The position numbers and the translations under genes are program-made. The notes under the pieces were generated by a model that did no database searches, was not told the origin of the DNA, and saw only the letters and a program-made list of their open reading frames with translations. Of a stretch of 46,104 nucleotides of DNA, positions 41,406 to 46,104 are shown piece after piece. The number at the start of each line of letters is the position of its first letter. Position 1 is the stretch's first letter. Origin of the DNA: Candidatus Hodarchaeota archaeon (GTDB taxonomy: Archaea; Asgardarchaeota; Heimdallarchaeia; Hodarchaeales; Hodarchaeaceae); NCBI GenBank assembly GCA_016839785.1, contig JAEOTQ010000075.1:1-46104 (forward strand). Reading direction: 5' to 3'.

Positions 41406-41591
41406 TTACTTCTGTTGAATTTGAAAATCGGTACGATCAGATTTCGACACGAGTCTTGTTCCGCATACCACACAATAGGCGAAACACTTGCCTTGCTGTT
41501 TCCCACATGAGGTACATATCATTTTGTTTTCGAGCTTTCTAAAAGACATCTGAATCGCTTTTTGTTTTAATTCGCAAAGATGGATATTCAC
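41406..41591 (-). CDS. small zinc-ribbon protein
   Basis: CTSCG...YCVVCGTRL; start uncertain. Confidence 0.55.
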   Translation of the reverse strand: MNIHLCELKQKAIQMSFRKLENKMICTSCGKQQGKCFAYCVVCGTRLVSKSDRTDFQIQQK

Positions 41592-41635
41592 TTATGGTCC
41601 TAGGAATTACATTCCAAGAAAAGTCGAAAATGACT

Positions 41636-42214
41636 TCATTCTTTTGGTCTTCCAACTGGAACAATGGGACAGATCATCTCTGCACCAATCCAACCTAGGT
41701 AACTAGCTATCCCAAACGCGGAAAAGATCAAGAGTCCTTCGATTAAACCAGTTATCACATCTGTTCCATCAAGATTATGTACAAATAAGATTAGAACGGA
41801 TACAACAAAGAGAACACTTCCTAAGATGATTTTTCGTTGGAGGTATGGAGTAGACAGTTTTCTAAATCGTATTTTTCCGTCAATAATTCCTGTAATTCCA
41901 CCTCCAATAACCAAAAATGGGAAGAAGATAATCTGAAGATCTCTTGTTCCTTCAATGGATATTCCCAATATTTCTGAGGAGAAAATTGATATTATATAGA
42001 GCAATGCTATTACAGCAATATAACTTATAGTAAAGTGAACAGATACTGGATGTACATCTAATTTCAGAAACATTCGTCTTTGTTCTGAGGCTTTATGTTC
42101 ATATGGAAGAAATGCTCTTTCTCGGGCTCCACAGGCAGAACAGACTCCACCCTTTCCCACTTTACGTACATACCCACACAATCGACAGTATTCATATTCA
42201 GCTTTGTCACTCAT
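41636..42214 (-). CDS. rubredoxin-like domain fused to DUF2231-like membrane domain
   Basis: CRLCGY...VCSACGA; HPVSVHF followed by four TMs. Confidence 0.8.
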   Translation of the reverse strand: MSDKAEYEYCRLCGYVRKVGKGGVCSACGARERAFLPYEHKASEQRRMFLKLDVHPVSVHFTISYIAVIALLYIISIFSSEILGISIEGTRDLQIIFFPFLVIGGGITGIIDGKIRFRKLSTPYLQRKIILGSVLFVVSVLILFVHNLDGTDVITGLIEGLLIFSAFGIASYLGWIGAEMICPIVPVGRPKE

Positions 42215-42398
42215 TACTAATTCCTCATTTAAATGATTGTTATTATACTCCAGTTACTTACTAGCTGGAAAATTCATTATTCTTTTATGATTAATATTTT
42301 ATTCAAGATCAAGAATGAAATATAAAGGATTGTTGAAAGATTGATAATCAGAAGAGAATTTTCCGTTACAAATCTTTTTAGTTGGGGTGTAAAATCTG

Positions 42399-43289
42399 GT
42401 GCTAGAACTTCTTCTCCAATCAATCTTGGTTACTGCTCTGATCATTTTTATTTATTTAAGTGGTTGTTTAGTAATCATGCTTGTTTTAGCAAAATTTCCA
42501 AGGGATCCGATGCCTGATACACCCGACTGGGGAATTAAAGAAGAACATTGGATTCCTACTGTGAACAACAAAAAGCTCGAATGTTGGGTTGTTCGACCAA
42601 ACGAAAATAACAACAACCGAACAGATCTAAATGGCAAATTCCCTGCAGTCATACTTCTTCATGGATGGGGACGAAATAGAGGGCGAATGGTAACTCGAGC
42701 CCGAATTTACGGGGAAAAGGGGTATACTACCATTTTATTTTCAGCTCGTGATCATGGACAGTCTGACAAAGAATTGATTGGAATGAGCATTATACGCTTC
42801 ACCCAAGATCTGAAGGCATGTATAGATTGGTGGGGCAAACCTGTAGTACTATGTGGTCATTCAATTGGGGGAGGGGCAGCGTTGTTAGCAGGGGCACAAA
42901 GTTCTCATGTAAAGGCAATAATAGCTGAATCACCTCCTTATGCGTTTCCATTCAGTTTAAAATATGTTTATCAGCCTGCACTCAAAATGTTGACTCCCAT
43001 TCTGATGCCAGGAATCACATTTATCACTCTGAGGTTATTTCGACGATTTAAACAAGGGGAGTATAGTCCATTAGCGAGTACAACAGAGATCAATGTCCCC
43101 ACCTTAATCATCCATGGGAAACAAGATATCATTTTTCCTTACGAATATTCTCAGAAATTAAATTCAAGGATTAAAAATTCCACTCTTTGGACTCCTGAAG
43201 ATGGAACCCATTATAATCATGAGTTTCTTCCTGAATACAGAGATCACGTTTTAAAATTCCTAAATCAAAATTTAGAAGAATTTATCTAG
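42399..43289 (+). CDS. membrane-anchored alpha/beta hydrolase
   Basis: N-terminal TM, LLHGW, GHSIGG nucleophile, IHGKQD, GTH. Confidence 0.88.
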   Translation: MLELLLQSILVTALIIFIYLSGCLVIMLVLAKFPRDPMPDTPDWGIKEEHWIPTVNNKKLECWVVRPNENNNNRTDLNGKFPAVILLHGWGRNRGRMVTRARIYGEKGYTTILFSARDHGQSDKELIGMSIIRFTQDLKACIDWWGKPVVLCGHSIGGGAALLAGAQSSHVKAIIAESPPYAFPFSLKYVYQPALKMLTPILMPGITFITLRLFRRFKQGEYSPLASTTEINVPTLIIHGKQDIIFPYEYSQKLNSRIKNSTLWTPEDGTHYNHEFLPEYRDHVLKFLNQNLEEFI

Positions 43290-44721
43290 GAATTTCTTTA
43301 TTTAAGCTAGGAATGGTGACGGTAAAACAGCTTCCCTTATTTTCTTGAGTTAAAACACTCAATCTACCGTTCTGAGCCGATATAATAGATTTTATTATGT
43401 AAAGGCCTAGACCTGTGCCTCTTTGCGAATATTCTGTTGGAATGTGAGAAAAGGGTTGAAAAAGTTGAAATAATATCTGGTTAGAGATTCCTATCCCTTC
43501 ATCTTGGACGGTAATGATAAGTGAGTTATCGAAGTAACTGAAATTAACACTGATAATCTTATCAACAGGAGAGTTTTTGGCAGCGTTATCAATAAGATTT
43601 TCCAGAACTTGGTTTATGCGATCGGAATCAATCATCATTTCAATTTGTTGGGATTGACTCTGTTCATCGATAATTATTAAGCGATTTGGATAAAGCATGT
43701 TAATGTGCTTTTTGAAATGATCCACAAAGTCAAGAAGACTTGTTTTTTTCGGGTTAATCGTAAATACATTTGCTTGTATGGCTGTCAGGTCATGTACGGA
43801 CTGTACTAGATCTTGTAACCTAACTGTATTTTTGTACATGGCTTTATAAATCTCTTGATGTTCCTGTGTATTTACCGTACCTTTTTGGAGAAGTTCCAAG
43901 TAGCCAGAAATAATTGCTAAAGGTGTTCTTAATTCGTGAGCAGTTACTCCAATAAATCGTTCTTGAAGTTGCTGAAATCTCTTTTCTGTAGATATATCCG
44001 AAATGACTCCAAACGAACCAATCATTTCATTCTCTTCATTATACAGTGCTGTCCCCGCGACTCGTGTATGAACCGTTAATCCATTTTTTGTTAAAAAGAC
44101 AAGTTCATATGTAGAAGCTCGGACCTCTTCTGCTAATCGTTGTTCGCGAACATCATTAAAAAACTCCAAAGATTCTGAACTTAAGAAATCCGTAACTTTT
44201 CTCCCAAGCATTTCTCCCTCTGTATAATTTAACATCTTCAAAAGAGTTGAATTAACTAGAATCGTTCTATCTAGTTTATCAGTTACCCAAACACCTTCTC
44301 CCATTGTTTGAACGAGTGATCGATATTTTCTTTCCGACTCTTTCAACGCTTCCATGATAGCTACGTTTTTTGAGACATCACGTATGATTGTGATTATATG
44401 AGTCACTTTAGAAGAAGTTTCATCCATTATAGGTATTCGTTGAATGTTATAGAAATCTTCTCTCCTAGGATTTGTCCTTTCAGCAATAGCCATTGGTTCT
44501 CCTGTATTAAAGATGTATTCATATTCAGCTAACGGTCGATCTGACAGGAAGGGGAAAATTTTAGTCAATTTTTTACCAATGACATTCGTATTAAACCCAA
44601 GGCGAGTATTCCATTTTTTAAACGCTTCATTTAAATATTCAAACTCATAATTCTTATTTATGATATGCACTGGATCGATCATGGCATTTAAAACAGAAAT
44701 GAGTTCTGGAGAGAGTCCCAT
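43282..44721 (-). CDS. PAS-PAS sensor histidine kinase
   Basis: TAHELRTPL, ENLIDNAAKNS, VQDEGIGI, GTGLGLYI. Confidence 0.92.
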   Translation of the reverse strand: MGLSPELISVLNAMIDPVHIINKNYEFEYLNEAFKKWNTRLGFNTNVIGKKLTKIFPFLSDRPLAEYEYIFNTGEPMAIAERTNPRREDFYNIQRIPIMDETSSKVTHIITIIRDVSKNVAIMEALKESERKYRSLVQTMGEGVWVTDKLDRTILVNSTLLKMLNYTEGEMLGRKVTDFLSSESLEFFNDVREQRLAEEVRASTYELVFLTKNGLTVHTRVAGTALYNEENEMIGSFGVISDISTEKRFQQLQERFIGVTAHELRTPLAIISGYLELLQKGTVNTQEHQEIYKAMYKNTVRLQDLVQSVHDLTAIQANVFTINPKKTSLLDFVDHFKKHINMLYPNRLIIIDEQSQSQQIEMMIDSDRINQVLENLIDNAAKNSPVDKIISVNFSYFDNSLIITVQDEGIGISNQILFQLFQPFSHIPTEYSQRGTGLGLYIIKSIISAQNGRLSVLTQENKGSCFTVTIPSLNKEIPR

Positions 44722-44823
44722 TAAATATCAAAAGGGGGAACTACATAGAAAATAAAAATCTCTCCCTTCAGAATTATAATTTACCTACTGAAGTGCTAGG
44801 AGAATTTGAAATTGATTGATTTT

Positions 44824-45939
44824 TCAAGAGCCAATTGAGACAATTTTATATGAAGGGAGGAAAGCGAAATACAGGTCCAATAATGCTCCTGCTTCAGTAT
44901 ACTGACTAATCTCAGAAGAGTCAATATTCTCACCAAATTTCTCATAAAAATTCTTTGTAAATTCTTTTAAGGAGGATTTGATCAACATTGAAGTTTTATC
45001 AGCAATAACAAAGGCTACTATGTCTTTATAAGCCTCAAAAATAAAATAATAGTTATCTGTCTCAATAGCTTTTATTTTTTCCGTATCATGAATAACAGAT
45101 TGAACAAACTGGAAATTTGCAGTCATTAAATGAGGAATAAGAATGCTAGAATCAGGACCTGATTGTTTAGCATCAAACAGAACGTCAAAAATCGATAAAC
45201 CAATATTCATGTTGATAACTGAAATCCTGTATGTATTAAATGGTAAAACCCTTAGGACCCGTTCATCGATTAATATCGCAATAATTACGATAAATGTTCC
45301 TAAACCTACGCTTAATATTTCAATCCCGAGAACTAATAACGATAATTTTGTACTCACAAGCACTAAAGGAAAGAGGATCGGACTTAAACATCCAAAATAA
45401 AACAAGAGGGCTGGTTTCAGGTAAACACGTGGCACAAAAGGAATGAACCTGCTAATTCTTATTGATAGAAGAAAAGCTAAGCATATTAAATCTACTCCAA
45501 AAATAATACGTGCAAGATCAGACAGATATGGTCCAATTTCTAAACTAAAATGCACAGACTCTGGAATCACTGATAAGACTAAACCATTCCCCAGTCCTAA
45601 ACCTAACATCATTAGGATCAATGGTGATGGTTTATCAGCTCTTAGTGATTCAATGAAAAAGACGAGAAAGAAGACAACAATGAAAAGAAATATCATTTGT
45701 ACACGGAAAAAGAAAATCATAAGAGATTGATTTTGAAAACCAACCAAGAAAAGTAAACCATGCGCAATATTATAAGGAATTAGAAAGATTAAGATTAATT
45801 CTAGATAAATTAACGGCTGAGCTCTCAATTTTCGATATTCTCTAAAAACAATCATCGTTCCGCTTAGAGCCAATAGAACTGAAAACCAAGAAAGTACAAT
45901 ATATTGAATTTGAGGAAATGTATACTCGGTAAGAATCAT
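44824..45939 (-). CDS. 7TM protein with C-terminal longin-like domain
   Basis: Seven hydrophobic segments in the first ~225 aa; C-terminus ISVIN..GLSIF...LMTANFQFVQ...IKAIET..YYFIF...VAFVIAD...LKEFTKNFYEKF fits the longin topology. Confidence 0.72.
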   Translation of the reverse strand: MILTEYTFPQIQYIVLSWFSVLLALSGTMIVFREYRKLRAQPLIYLELILIFLIPYNIAHGLLFLVGFQNQSLMIFFFRVQMIFLFIVVFFLVFFIESLRADKPSPLILMMLGLGLGNGLVLSVIPESVHFSLEIGPYLSDLARIIFGVDLICLAFLLSIRISRFIPFVPRVYLKPALLFYFGCLSPILFPLVLVSTKLSLLVLGIEILSVGLGTFIVIIAILIDERVLRVLPFNTYRISVINMNIGLSIFDVLFDAKQSGPDSSILIPHLMTANFQFVQSVIHDTEKIKAIETDNYYFIFEAYKDIVAFVIADKTSMLIKSSLKEFTKNFYEKFGENIDSSEISQYTEAGALLDLYFAFLPSYKIVSIGS

Positions 45940-46104
45940 TACTTGTTATTCCGACTATGTCGTTTGATAATTTCTCACTCCAACTATATATTATAATCAT
46001 ATACATATAGCTGATTGCAAAAAGCTTTCGGAATTTATTCATTTTAGGTAGATAAATTCGCTCCAGTTTGGAATTCAGTCATTTCAAGTCCAATACACTT
46101 AATC

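Noticed and set aside
625-46042. Many 60-110 aa antisense or overlapping ORFs in the track (e.g. 1093-1419, 13250-13570, 22753-23046, 28112-28426)
   Set aside because: Shadows of real genes with no motifs
1-46104. Genome-wide reassignment of TAG (to Gln or Pyl)
   Set aside because: Nearly all long genes are intact with TAG treated as stop; TAG ends genes at natural termini (288, 25682, 27685, 43289); no CUA-anticodon tRNA or pyl gene is in the window
1-46104. CRISPR array, IS element or integrase at the tRNA genes
   Set aside because: No regularly spaced repeats, no transposase or recombinase, and no duplicated tRNA 3' end beyond the two tRNAs themselves

Overview
AT-rich, gene-dense archaeal chromosomal segment. 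Gene content points to an Asgard archaeon, probably Heimdallarchaeia (inference): a Rab-like GTPase, an Arf-like GTPase, a 7TM-longin fusion, many PAS histidine kinases and A1:U72 tRNA-Gln genes. Ordinary genes include surE, a divergent ATP-type PEP carboxykinase, a PHP phosphatase, ABC exporters and MBL hydrolases. Four things stand out. (1) A GlnRS with Gln-specific residues sits about 0.5 kb from both tRNA-Gln isoacceptors, which have an archaeal acceptor stem but bacterial-type G73/A37. (2) A translationally coupled three-gene operon encodes two large unknown, possibly paralogous proteins and an atypical Arf-like GTPase with a ~160-aa insertion. (3) A 7TM receptor-like protein is fused to a longin-like domain. 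(4) A 1539-aa MMPL/RND protein carries a duplicated, sequon-rich ectodomain. Sporadic in-frame TAG codons and one frameshifted gene need read-level checking. No CRISPR array, rRNA or transposase was seen.
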